In this document: positions 18,742 through 28,366 of the stretch, in pieces
How the letters are laid out: each line of letters begins with the position of its first letter
How positions within the stretch are numbered: position 1 is the stretch's first letter
Source of the DNA: a bacterium
GTDB lineage: Bacteria; Zhuqueibacterota; Zhuqueibacteria; Oceanimicrobiales; Oceanimicrobiaceae
Reading direction: 5' to 3'
Length of the DNA: 28,484 nucleotides
Assembly (NCBI GenBank): GCA_046757025.1
Contig: JBHHXN010000055.1
Location: 1 to 28,484 of the forward strand
Made by a program: the position numbers and the translations under genes
The notes under the pieces: generated by a model
Seen by the model: the letters and a program-made list of their open reading frames with translations, nothing else
What the model was told of the DNA's origin: nothing
The model's database searches: none

Positions 18742-18801
18742 AATAGCGAAACCAAATTGAGGATGGAGGATTACGGAATTCGGAATGGTAGTGCCGTCCT
18801 G

Positions 18802-18837
18802 AAAAAAAAAGCCCGACTCGCGATCGGGCTTTTTTTT
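18802..18837. terminator. Intrinsic terminator (bidirectional form) after the lytic transglycosylase
   Basis: A9-GCCCGA-CTCGCGA-TCGGGC-T8. Confidence 0.9.
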
Positions 18838-18862
18838 AAAATAGGATATAAAGTAAACCGGG

Positions 18863-19531
18863 TTAATTTTTAAACTCGTCGTACAGTGACAGCACAGCCG
18901 GCACATAATTTTGAGTTTCCTCATAAAGAATGCCGTGCGCACGATTTTGTGCCACCCACATAGCGGCTCTTTTGCCGCCACCATTGTAAGCAGCCAGACC
19001 ACCATCGACGTCATACAACTCAATTAAACTCGAAAGGTATTTTGTCCCCAATCGAATGTTTATCACAGGGTCAAATAAAACCTCTTCCGGAGTTGTCCAT
19101 TTGATACCTTCTATTTGTGCTAAAAACTTGCCAGTGGCCGGCATCACTTGCATCAACCCCAAGGCCCCCACGGGTGAGACCACTTTGCTATCCCAGGTGA
19201 ACGCCGATTCATGGGTAATGGTGGCACAAATTAAATCCACGTCTAAATTTTCATACTTCATACTGGCCAGGCTGATCTCAGTAGCAATGGCGAACTTTTG
19301 AGATTCTGGCAAATCAGGGTTGTAGTGATTCAACACCGTCAGGACTTTTTCGATGTTTTCCTTGAACAAATTATCGATTTTCAAAAAAGAGTTCAACAAT
19401 TCCGTTTGCTTTTCGAGTTTTTGCACTTTATCGCCAATGGATTGAACAATAAAATAATGATGAACGCTACTCGCTGAGAAAGCAATGATTAATAACGATA
19501 CGGCTATAAATCTGGTTTTAGTTAAGTACAA
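18863..19531 (-). CDS. SLT-domain lytic transglycosylase with N-terminal anchor and coiled coil
   Basis: THES catalytic Glu, SPVGALGLMQVMPATG, AAYNGG, EETQNYV; GGAGGA RBS before TTG. Confidence 0.92.
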   Translation of the reverse strand: MYLTKTRFIAVSLLIIAFSASSVHHYFIVQSIGDKVQKLEKQTELLNSFLKIDNLFKENIEKVLTVLNHYNPDLPESQKFAIATEISLASMKYENLDVDLICATITHESAFTWDSKVVSPVGALGLMQVMPATGKFLAQIEGIKWTTPEEVLFDPVINIRLGTKYLSSLIELYDVDGGLAAYNGGGKRAAMWVAQNRAHGILYEETQNYVPAVLSLYDEFKN

Positions 19532-19689
19532 ATTTAATCCTCCACTCAGTTCAAAAAAACTTTTTATACGAAACCTGCTGCTTCCCTGCAGATGGCATCG
19601 GAAAATAAAACGACTAATTCAATGGCTACATACGCAGTTGTATCAAAAAGAGTTTCGTTTTATTACAAATATTTTGTCTCCGTTGCTCA

Positions 19690-22632
19690 TTAAAAATCGA
19701 CGCCGATAGAAAAATGTGTTTTAGGAGAAAGGAGTCCTGTTACCGGACTACGATATCTTTTGAAAGGAAAATCCCATCGTAATACCAACAGTCCACCTAA
19801 ATTGAATCGGATTCCCAGGCCATAAGACGTTTTAATATCGCTGAAATCATCAAATAAATTGAATGAGATGTTGTCTCTGTTTCTGTCCACTCCCCAAGCA
19901 TGCGCAGCGTCGAAAAAGGCGACGCCAGTGAGGAAATCGTACTGCAGGGGCAGATATGGGAACAACGGAAATCGGAATTCAACATTTTGAAAAAAGACAT
20001 TGGTACCGCTAATATCGCCGAAATCCGCTCCACGAAATGTGAACGGGCCGCCAATTCCAAATATTCTCTTATCGCGACCCAAATTGGTGCCAGCAGTTAT
20101 GCGATAGGCAACAGAATATCTGGGGATACTAATGGCGAAATATTTTCGATAATCTGCTATAATCGAAGTATATTGCAGGTCCCCGACGTTTTGAGCAATG
20201 GTCAATCGGGCGCGAGTACCTGAGATGGGCGCTGCAATTCCCCAGAACGCAGAGTCCCGCACCAAAGACACGTCAAAGCTGCTAAAAATGGCGTTGCTGC
20301 CGTTACGCGAGGTAGAACGGCCTGTGGTGAAATTGAATCCAACCACTTCACTGTTCACAAAAAACACGTCCGCGCCTAATTCGAGCCGTGTGAAAGTATC
20401 AAACGGCAGAGAAGCGCCTAATCCGAAACCTCGAAAAATTTGACTGACGAATGCGAAGTCTTCGTCATCGGTGGCCGTGAACACACCGAAATCATCTCTA
20501 AATTGGAACGCAGAAATTGCATAATTCAACCGATGCTTTTGGTTGAAGTAAGTCGCAATAATGGTGGATTCCAGAGGATCGCCAAACAATGCGGCCTGCA
20601 AAATCAAAGTTTTATCGCCAAGCATATCGCTAAACAAGAAGGCGGTTTGACCGGCGAAGCCAACATTGGTTGCAAAGGCGCCGCCGCCCACGATCAGATC
20701 CGGAGATAATTTGGAATTATAATCAGACAAGAGAAATTCGGAGCTATCACCAAGGGTATATTCAAAATATTTTTCATTTGAATCTTCCAGAGGCTCTAGA
20801 ACCAAAACCTCCGAACGGTCAATTTTTTCTTTTTCATACTCATCCAACGTGTAAATGTACCATCCGCCGTTTGAAAACGCACTAAAGGCCAGGCGCCCGG
20901 TTTCCGTGGCTAAACTGATGGCAGGGCTTTCGGTAATGATTCCGGCCACACCGGTAATAAAATTGGTGATTCGATAAATTTCCCGCGTCTCCAACTCGAT
21001 GGAATAGATGTTTGGAATGCCGCTCATATCCGAGATAAAATAAATTTCAGTGCCGTCCGCCGACCAGATTGGGTTGATATGATTGCCACCGGTTTCGGTC
21101 AGCATATCAAACGTACCCGTTTCGATATCATAAAGCGCAATGTTATATTCACCAAAAATCAATTCATCGATGTGGGTATTCGGTCCGCGGTCCGTGGTAA
21201 AGGCGATGGTTTTACCGTCCGGCGACCATTGCGGATGTAGATAAGAATATCTGTCGTGGGTCAGTTTCTGTAAATTGGCTCCATCTCGGTTAACCACGTA
21301 AAGATCCGATATACCGCCGTGAATACCCGAAAATACCATTCGCCCGCCGTCAGGAGACCAGCTTGGTGCAGCCATCCCAGTGAGTTCTTTAAATTTCAAC
21401 TTTTTCATTATTTTTTTCTTATTGGCATTCACGATGTAAATAGCGTCGTTGCCGCCGGCTTTGGAGACAAATGAAAAATAGTTACCGTCTGGCGACCAAT
21501 TCATGGAAGTGTTAAAATAGCGCAGGCTTTCGTAACTTTCACTGCTTCCGCTGCGGACAATTTTATGCATTTTGTCCTTATCTTCCAGACTCCGCAAAAA
21601 CATATTGAGCGTATAATCCTTATCGCCGATGTAAGCAAGACTGTTGCCATCGGGAGAAATCGCCGGCACGATGTTCAATCGTGTGCAATCAAGACAAGGA
21701 TCCGTCAGCGGTTCCGCGACTTCTTCCGGCTTTTTCAGCAAAACATTGGCCGGTAAATAGCGCGTTCTGGCATCATCCTGCCAGCGCTTGGAAAGCTCGT
21801 TCAAATCCAAACCTGTGTGCGCCTTAAACGCCCGATTCAAATCGCCGGTGGCGCGTGCGGTTTTAAATATCCGGCCGACCACTTCTTTGCCGTAGCGTTC
21901 ACCGACATAATACCAGATAGCCTGTCCCATTCGGTACACTCGGATATCAAACACCAGATTCATTTCCGGAATGGTCAACAGTGTGTTGTTCAGCACCGCA
22001 TCCCGCATCCACATGCGCGTGATGTTGTCCATTCCCACTGAAAGGTACTCTGCCATGCCCTCCATAAACCAGAGCGGGGGGTTGAATCTTCGCACCAGAT
22101 CGGCGGGGCCATCCGATAGTAAAATATCAAACTGAAAAGCGTGCACCATTTCGTGCGTCAAAACATGAATAAATTGCGCATACGAACCGGTGATGGGTAA
22201 AATCATCCGGCCCTTTAGCGACTCAGTGACACCCTGGGTGCCCTCACTGATGTAGCTTTGGATGGCGTTGGTTTGCTGAAAATCATTATGCGAAGCATAA
22301 AGCAACATCGGTATTTTTTGTTTGAATTTGTAATCGAGAACTTCGCTGAGATACGCGTAAGAACGTTCAGCTATCTCGGCCGCATCCATGGCCGCCTGGC
22401 GTTCTTCTTTATAATAATGAATATCAAAATGTTCCGTGTTGATGACCGACCAATCAAAAGATTTATATTGAACTTTGTTTTTTCCAAATCCAAATATATC
22501 TCCGAATTGTCCGAATGCTTCTGTTGCACTTACTGTGATGAAAAGCAGAGGTAGAACATACGCAACATTCATCCATCCATCATATTTTCTATTGAAAGTC
22601 ATTTTCAATTTGAAAAATATACTTTGTTGCAT
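19690..22632 (-). CDS. Omp85/BamA-family outer-membrane protein with N-terminal zincin-like domain and PD40 (TolB-like) propeller
   Basis: Signal peptide; HEMVH...WFMEGMAEY; repeated (W/I)SPDG motifs; barrel with loop-6 motif GGPFTFRG, NVEFRFP, AFFDAAHAW; terminal Phe; GGAGGA RBS. Confidence 0.88.
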   Translation of the reverse strand: MQQSIFFKLKMTFNRKYDGWMNVAYVLPLLFITVSATEAFGQFGDIFGFGKNKVQYKSFDWSVINTEHFDIHYYKEERQAAMDAAEIAERSYAYLSEVLDYKFKQKIPMLLYASHNDFQQTNAIQSYISEGTQGVTESLKGRMILPITGSYAQFIHVLTHEMVHAFQFDILLSDGPADLVRRFNPPLWFMEGMAEYLSVGMDNITRMWMRDAVLNNTLLTIPEMNLVFDIRVYRMGQAIWYYVGERYGKEVVGRIFKTARATGDLNRAFKAHTGLDLNELSKRWQDDARTRYLPANVLLKKPEEVAEPLTDPCLDCTRLNIVPAISPDGNSLAYIGDKDYTLNMFLRSLEDKDKMHKIVRSGSSESYESLRYFNTSMNWSPDGNYFSFVSKAGGNDAIYIVNANKKKIMKKLKFKELTGMAAPSWSPDGGRMVFSGIHGGISDLYVVNRDGANLQKLTHDRYSYLHPQWSPDGKTIAFTTDRGPNTHIDELIFGEYNIALYDIETGTFDMLTETGGNHINPIWSADGTEIYFISDMSGIPNIYSIELETREIYRITNFITGVAGIITESPAISLATETGRLAFSAFSNGGWYIYTLDEYEKEKIDRSEVLVLEPLEDSNEKYFEYTLGDSSEFLLSDYNSKLSPDLIVGGGAFATNVGFAGQTAFLFSDMLGDKTLILQAALFGDPLESTIIATYFNQKHRLNYAISAFQFRDDFGVFTATDDEDFAFVSQIFRGFGLGASLPFDTFTRLELGADVFFVNSEVVGFNFTTGRSTSRNGSNAIFSSFDVSLVRDSAFWGIAAPISGTRARLTIAQNVGDLQYTSIIADYRKYFAISIPRYSVAYRITAGTNLGRDKRIFGIGGPFTFRGADFGDISGTNVFFQNVEFRFPLFPYLPLQYDFLTGVAFFDAAHAWGVDRNRDNISFNLFDDFSDIKTSYGLGIRFNLGGLLVLRWDFPFKRYRSPVTGLLSPKTHFSIGVDF

Positions 22633-23053
22633 TTTAAAAGTCCTCCAAAAATAAAAAAGTTATTTCATCATTTTTAATGTATCAAAAAAAACTTAATAAT
22701 CCAAATCTTTATTCCAAAAATTCAACTGCAATTGAATTCCTGGTAATTACAACAAATTATACCTTTGAATAATTCATTTTATTCCATCCGTCCCACCAAC
22801 AAGCCGAAACAGGTGATCTTAATTACACTTTTCAATAATGACTTAAAAAATCAGATAAGGTTAACTGGCTATGTATCCTCTGTATTCAAATTTAAACCAG
22901 AACTTCTTTTCCGGGAGGGAATCGAAAGAACCGTTAATTGGGTCGAAGCTTTTTTACAATTGAGTGAAAGCTGCATCCGCGATATGGTTAATATCGGCAT
23001 CACCGAAACAATGTGAATAATTGACTTATCAAATTCTTTTAATAATTTTTTTC

Positions 23054-23070
23054 TGCTAAAATTATGCCAA
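23054..23070 (-). promoter_or_regulatory. Possible sigma54 (-24/-12) promoter facing the Omp85 gene
   Basis: Minus strand TTGGCATAATTTTAGCA has GG-N10-GC spacing; TAGC replaces consensus TTGC. Confidence 0.3.
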
Positions 23071-23102
23071 AAAAAAACGCCTGAATTATTTCAGGCGTTT
23101 TT
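23069..23102. terminator. Intrinsic terminator, stronger on the minus strand
   Basis: A9-CGCCTGAA-TTAT-TTCAGGCG-T5. Confidence 0.85.
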
Positions 23103-23281
23103 ACTTCACAGGTTGTGGCTTCATCTAACTCAATAAAGTAATCTATATTCAGGTTGTTCTTATCTTCATCAAGTGCATAATTTGGATACTGCGGCCCTCC
23201 ATCGATTTATCCCACCGCCGTAATTTATCTTGAGCATTGTTAATAATCAAATTCACGCCGAACCTTTTCAACCATAAGTTG

Positions 23282-23491
23282 TCAGGCCAGTGCCGGCTCA
23301 ATTTGATTTCTTTTAACCGGATAACCGGCTTTGAACTGCTCAGCGTACCCCTGGGCTATCCACAACATGATGGCTTCGCTGAAAGATACTTGCTCATGGC
23401 TTTGTTGCGACAAAGACATGCGAAAGCTTTCGATCTCCATCAATTGTAATGCCATGTAATCCGACTGTTTAAAATTATTATTTTTCATCAT
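23282..23491 (-). CDS. Small helical hypothetical protein (69 aa)
   Basis: AGGAGG RBS, downstream terminator, amphipathic helical pattern QLMEIESFR..LS.....VSFSEAIMLW...YAEQF; divergent from the TPR-CHAT genes. Confidence 0.75.
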   Translation of the reverse strand: MMKNNNFKQSDYMALQLMEIESFRMSLSQQSHEQVSFSEAIMLWIAQGYAEQFKAGYPVKRNQIEPALA

Positions 23492-23873
23492 TACCTCCTA
23501 ATTTCAATAGGAGCATCTATTTAATTTTAATAAATCACTTTTGTTGCAATTTATTTTAGCAAAAAATGTACCACACAATTTAATCCACAATCGGCAGGCA
23601 GGTAAAAGTGGGTATGTGATTGTTTTATCATTATTTATATAGTTATTGATTTCAGTAGGACTTTTTTGTGGCGGATTGATCTGTCTCAATACATGTGCAA
23701 AAATGAACCTTTTTATATCGATTTGAATCAAAGTTTAGTCAATTTGGCGAAATATATGTCATGACGATATTTAAAATATTTTTAGAAATTTTGGGAGTTT
23801 GAAGGCGAATTTGTTGTCATATATAGGTAGAGAGAGTATTCCTTTTTATCAAATGAAATGGGAGGACAAGCCA

Positions 23874-25094
23874 ATGAAATCATTTCAAATAATTCAATCT
23901 TTAGAATTAAAACTAAAAAAGACACGGCGCCTCACAGGGGATTGTGTTCAAATAACTGACACTGTTAAACAGGCATTCATCAGCATGAATGCCACTGCCC
24001 CAACAGATGCCGATATCGACGAACATTTTTTAACCAAATGTTACTTTCATGGCCCACCTGAGCTGGCTCAAAATGGCATCGTTCATTGTCAGCTTTCTAA
24101 TGATCTGGTTGAGTATTTTTTTGAGCTTCTGGATAAGAGTCTATTTGCTAAATTGCAAAACGATTTGAACTCCGCAAACGCGCATTTTGCTGAAGCGAAA
24201 AAACTCGCGGATACAGTTAACGATGCTTACCTCATAAGTGAGTACGAGCAGGCATATCAATTAAAGAAAGAAACCCTGAAAAAGAAATTGCAGATCCAAC
24301 TTTGTTATGAGTACGTTAACCGAACGCTCGAACGGGATAAAAACCAGGGACACGAGCTGATCAGCGCCGGTTTAGCGCTGGCCGAAGAAATCAAGGATAA
24401 AAAGCGCATATTGGATTTTCTTTGCAAATGTCATTATGTGCTTTATGAGTTAGAGAACTACCCGCGGGTTGCCTTGAATTTAGGGGATTTTATTATTTCA
24501 GAAGCTTCACCATACGAGCCGCATACACTCTGGAGTTATTTTCACAACGGCAATATTTTTCTGGATTTTAAGCAATTTGACGCAGCCAAAACCGCTTTTG
24601 AGCAGGCGCTGGAAATCGCGCTCAAAACAAACTTTCACTACGCCGTCATGACGCTGTTTGAACGATTGGCTTTAACTTATTTTAAGCTCGGTCATCCGAA
24701 CATCGCACTCAACTTTTATCATGAGTCCCTGAACCATTCGAAAAACCTGAAAATTCGGCATCATTTAAACATGAAAAATGAAGTCCGTTGTTTGATCGGA
24801 ATCGGCAACATCCATGCCGAAGCCGCAAAAAATCAAAAAGGAGCCGAAAAAAATACTGTCTGTGCCATCGCCGAGGATCACTATAAAACGGCCCTGGACA
24901 TTGCCAACCAGATTAACTATGCTGCTAACAAAGCAGCCGCCCTTTCGAGCCTGGGTGATCTCTACCGCATTAAAAATGGTGAAAGCGATCCAAATGCCAA
25001 AAAACTGCACAATTTAGCGGTTAAAATCCATTGCGACGAGCTTAAGTTAGACAACACCCTGGAACGCGTACAGTGGGATCAGCAGCATTCTTAG
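23874..25094 (+). CDS. TPR protein (406 aa), paralogue of the N-terminal part of the downstream CHAT protein
   Basis: GGAGGA RBS before ATG 23874; TPR-like units GNIFLDFKQFDAAKTAFEQALEIA, IGIGNIH, ALSSLGDLY; no signal peptide, no CHAT domain. Confidence 0.85.
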   Translation: MKSFQIIQSLELKLKKTRRLTGDCVQITDTVKQAFISMNATAPTDADIDEHFLTKCYFHGPPELAQNGIVHCQLSNDLVEYFFELLDKSLFAKLQNDLNSANAHFAEAKKLADTVNDAYLISEYEQAYQLKKETLKKKLQIQLCYEYVNRTLERDKNQGHELISAGLALAEEIKDKKRILDFLCKCHYVLYELENYPRVALNLGDFIISEASPYEPHTLWSYFHNGNIFLDFKQFDAAKTAFEQALEIALKTNFHYAVMTLFERLALTYFKLGHPNIALNFYHESLNHSKNLKIRHHLNMKNEVRCLIGIGNIHAEAAKNQKGAEKNTVCAIAEDHYKTALDIANQINYAANKAAALSSLGDLYRIKNGESDPNAKKLHNLAVKIHCDELKLDNTLERVQWDQQHS

Positions 25095-25184
25095 TGCGGC
25101 CTGTAAAATTATGCTTGAAATTCTTCAGTGTATTTGCTTATTTTCTACAAACGACCATTCAATTTCAAAACGGCAGGGTTACGC

Positions 25185-28100
25185 ATGACTAAAAAAATTG
25201 TCATGGCGCTTTTGGCTCTAACCATCTTTATTTTCATCATTTATCGACACCCACCAGTGGCCTCAATTGCGGATATTGAGGCCACGCTGAGCGCTCAAAA
25301 TCTCTCAGAAGATACCGTGGCCGGGCAGCTGAATGCGTTGACCCAGTGGGTCGAACATTTTCAGCTCGCAGATCACGATATTCAGGATGCAGAAAACGCT
25401 TTGCCAGACCGCACCTTTCGTTCTGAGCAAGACACCCGGCTCATGCAACAGATTGCGGCTTTGCATGTCCAAAAATCAACAGAGCAGGATTCACTTTTCT
25501 TTTTTCGCAACAGAATTCCTTTATACAGACTCTTTTTCAATATTTTGAATCACCACGTCTATCGCAATTTTTTAGAAGCGAATGAAGGGAGTGAAAACGA
25601 GGGCGAATGGCGCATCGCCGGCTGGATCGCCCAGCAGTTTGAACGCTTCACGAATTTCAGACTATTTCAAAAAGAAATGGCCTTTTATCAAAATCTGAAG
25701 GTCAATCATCTCAAATCCAAATTATTGATAGAATTTTATTATCGAAAAGTTTATAACTTGTTGGTTGAAAATCCCAAAATGGCGATGGCTTATATCGGCA
25801 CGAGTTTAAAGCTGGCGAAATCCATCGGCGACGAAAGAAGATATCTGGAATTCCTCGGTCAATTGCAATTTGTGCTGTACGAAAGTTTCGGTAGTACCAA
25901 TGCGGCATGGACGCTTGGGAATCACTTGCTACAAAAAACCGAAGTAATGGGGCACACCATGAACCAGGCACTGGCGCATTACTACAATGGCAACATTCTC
26001 ATTGATAAAGGATTGTTTCCCGAAGCATTAACCCAATTCGAATCCGCGCTGGCGATTTATTCAAAATTCGGGCATGCTTCCATGGTGACCACCCTTAATG
26101 AACGCATGGGCGTCGTAAATAGACACCTTGGCCGATTCGATGCCGCTTTAAAATTTTATGACAAGATGTACGAAATAAATAAAATTCTGAACGTACCGAC
26201 AGCCCGCAGTCATTATCTGACCGGGCGGGGTTTGGTGTACAAAGAAATGGGCAAGTACGGAAGCGCCGCCGATTTTTTCACAGAAAGCCTGCGGTTTGCT
26301 CAACAATCGCAGGACACCCTCAACGAAGCCGTCTCTTACCTCAATTTAGGCGAGCTGTATTTCGATTTAGGGGATTATGACCGCTCCCTGGAATTTCATG
26401 AGCGCGGACTGGAAAGATTGCTTGCAAAGGAAAATCCCCATCTGATCACACATGCCTGGAGTCAAATAGCAGAGATTCATCTCCAGAACCATGAAATTGA
26501 GAAAGCACGCGCGGCCATAGCCAACACGCTAGCGCGACTTGCCAAATCCGATTTCGGACTTTTGAAAGCTAAAACCTATTTAAATACGGGCCAGCTTCAG
26601 CTCCAAATCGACGATTTCCAGCAGGCGTTGAAATCGTTCAATTCCGGACTGGAGATTTTCGTGCAATTTGAATTTGTGAAAGGCCAGATCGAAGCTTTAA
26701 ACTTAATAGCTGAAACACATCGACGTGCAAACAAGCCAGAATTGGCCTTGCAAAGCCTGAACACTGCTCGGTCACGGTACGACCGATTTCCACAACCCGC
26801 ATATCAGTGGGAGTGGCATTTCATCGCTGGTAAAATTCAAAAGGATTTGAATCATACAGCAGAATCGGAAAAAGAACTGCTCAAATCGATTCAACTGCTG
26901 GACGACCTTACTCTGGAGCTCAACAGCCATCAACAACGATTGACCTTTTCCCAAAAAATTCAACCGGTCTTCGAAGACATGATCTTGCTAAAAGTGGCAC
27001 AAAAAGATGCGGAGGATGCGTTTTATTTCACGGAGAAAAAACGCGCCCAGGTGTTCAAGCTGACCTTACAAAATACGCAGGAAAAAAAATCAAACGCTCG
27101 AACGGTGGCTCCCAGCCTGGCGCAGCAGTCAAGCTTTCCAACCACCGAAGCCTCTTCCCAATTCATTGATGATTTGCGATCTAAATTAAATGCCAGGGCT
27201 TGTGTCATTGTGTATGAAATCACCGAAAAGGATCTCGTTATCTGGGTGATCAGCCGACAAATCTTCAAGGCTGTCAAAGTACCCATTACGCGTAAAAAGC
27301 TGGAGAATTGGTTAACCGAATTTAGAGCCTGTACCTTCCCCGAAAATTTATCAACTCCCGCACAGATGGAAGAGACCTACTACCGGTCGAGAGCATTGGG
27401 AAAACGGTTTTATGAAAACTTAATCGCACCCATTGCCGAGGAAATTTCCAATGCGGAGCTCATTTATATCGTGGCAGACGAAGCGTTAAATTATCTGCCA
27501 TTCGCAGCCATAGTCACCCCTAACGAGGATTATTTGATCAAGCAGCATGCTTTTGCCTTGATTCAGAGTGCTGAAATTTTAAGTCGTCGCCTTTTCAAAT
27601 TTACACCGGAAAAAGTCCCTTCCATGAGCTTTCCCAGGTTGCTGGCAATTTCGGCTGATGAAAAATTAAAATACGCTTACGATGAAGTGAAAAAGGTCAC
27701 CGACATGCAGGCCGGCGCGGAATTGCTCATTGGCAGCGCGGTGACTGAAAAATCCGTCCGAAAGAAATTGGCGGAAGATTTTGGCATTTTCTTATTTTCC
27801 AGTCACAGCCAAATCGATGAAAAAGCGCCCTATTTTTCTTCTTTGATTGTCAATAAAGAGGCCGGACAGGCGAGCGATGAGAAAAATGACGGTTTGTTGA
27901 TGATTCATGAAATTCAAAATCTAAACTTGCAAAAAATGCGGCTGGTATTTCTTTCTTCCTGTGAAAGCGCTTCGGGCAAGCTGTATTTTGGCGAAGGGAT
28001 TGTCAGTATGCAACGCGCCTTCATGATGGCAGGCGCGCAAACGGTCATCGCGAATCTGTGGCAGATTGCGGATAAAAGCGCGAAAAATCTCACCGTCGAT

Positions 28101-28259
28101 TTTTACAAAATGTGGTTTAGCGGGAAATACACAAAAGCAGAAGCCCTGCGACAGGCTCAGCTTCACACCATCGCCTGGCTGCGCACCTATCCGCTTGCCA
28201 ACAAGCTGCCTCATCCATATTACTGGGCACCCGTTACCCTGGCGGGAGCATTCAATTAA
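25185..28259 (+). CDS. TPR-CHAT domain protein (caspase/separase-like protease) with N-terminal hydrophobic anchor
   Basis: MTKKIVMALLALTIFIFII; long TPR array; CHAT motifs LNYLPFAA, FSSHS (His), DGLL, LSSCES (Cys), GEGIVSMQRAFMMAGA, LWQIAD, HPYYWA. Alternative GTG start at 25128. Confidence 0.93.
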   Translation: MTKKIVMALLALTIFIFIIYRHPPVASIADIEATLSAQNLSEDTVAGQLNALTQWVEHFQLADHDIQDAENALPDRTFRSEQDTRLMQQIAALHVQKSTEQDSLFFFRNRIPLYRLFFNILNHHVYRNFLEANEGSENEGEWRIAGWIAQQFERFTNFRLFQKEMAFYQNLKVNHLKSKLLIEFYYRKVYNLLVENPKMAMAYIGTSLKLAKSIGDERRYLEFLGQLQFVLYESFGSTNAAWTLGNHLLQKTEVMGHTMNQALAHYYNGNILIDKGLFPEALTQFESALAIYSKFGHASMVTTLNERMGVVNRHLGRFDAALKFYDKMYEINKILNVPTARSHYLTGRGLVYKEMGKYGSAADFFTESLRFAQQSQDTLNEAVSYLNLGELYFDLGDYDRSLEFHERGLERLLAKENPHLITHAWSQIAEIHLQNHEIEKARAAIANTLARLAKSDFGLLKAKTYLNTGQLQLQIDDFQQALKSFNSGLEIFVQFEFVKGQIEALNLIAETHRRANKPELALQSLNTARSRYDRFPQPAYQWEWHFIAGKIQKDLNHTAESEKELLKSIQLLDDLTLELNSHQQRLTFSQKIQPVFEDMILLKVAQKDAEDAFYFTEKKRAQVFKLTLQNTQEKKSNARTVAPSLAQQSSFPTTEASSQFIDDLRSKLNARACVIVYEITEKDLVIWVISRQIFKAVKVPITRKKLENWLTEFRACTFPENLSTPAQMEETYYRSRALGKRFYENLIAPIAEEISNAELIYIVADEALNYLPFAAIVTPNEDYLIKQHAFALIQSAEILSRRLFKFTPEKVPSMSFPRLLAISADEKLKYAYDEVKKVTDMQAGAELLIGSAVTEKSVRKKLAEDFGIFLFSSHSQIDEKAPYFSSLIVNKEAGQASDEKNDGLLMIHEIQNLNLQKMRLVFLSSCESASGKLYFGEGIVSMQRAFMMAGAQTVIANLWQIADKSAKNLTVDFYKMWFSGKYTKAEALRQAQLHTIAWLRTYPLANKLPHPYYWAPVTLAGAFN

Positions 28260-28285
28260 TCACACAAATAAAAATGGAGGTTAAA

Positions 28286-28366
28286 ATGATCTTGAAAAAT
28301 AAACTCGATTATTTTCCAGAACTGGCCGATCCGAGAGACGGACCGGGCGGAGATCCCTTTAGTTAG
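28286..28366 (+). CDS. 26-aa peptide MILKNKLDYFPELADPRDGPGGDPFS
   Basis: GGAGG 5 nt before ATG, 26 nt after the CHAT stop; ends in tandem stops TAG TGA; below the ORF-track size cutoff. Confidence 0.6.
   Translation: MILKNKLDYFPELADPRDGPGGDPFS

Noticed and set aside
445..22554. Many plus-strand ORFs in the track (e.g. 737-1501, 2998-3864, 13776-14624)
   Set aside because: Antisense shadows of well-supported minus-strand genes, with no recognisable motifs.
23100..23205. Minus-strand frame reading NLNIDYFIELDE, similar to NKLDYFPELAD of the 26-aa peptide
   Set aside because: No standard start codon after the upstream in-frame stop, and the frame runs through the terminator; the similarity is short and may be chance.
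28286..28366. Lasso or lanthipeptide precursor identity for the 26-aa peptide
   Set aside because: YFPEL is one residue short of YxxPxL, there is no Cys, and no RiPP enzymes are in view.
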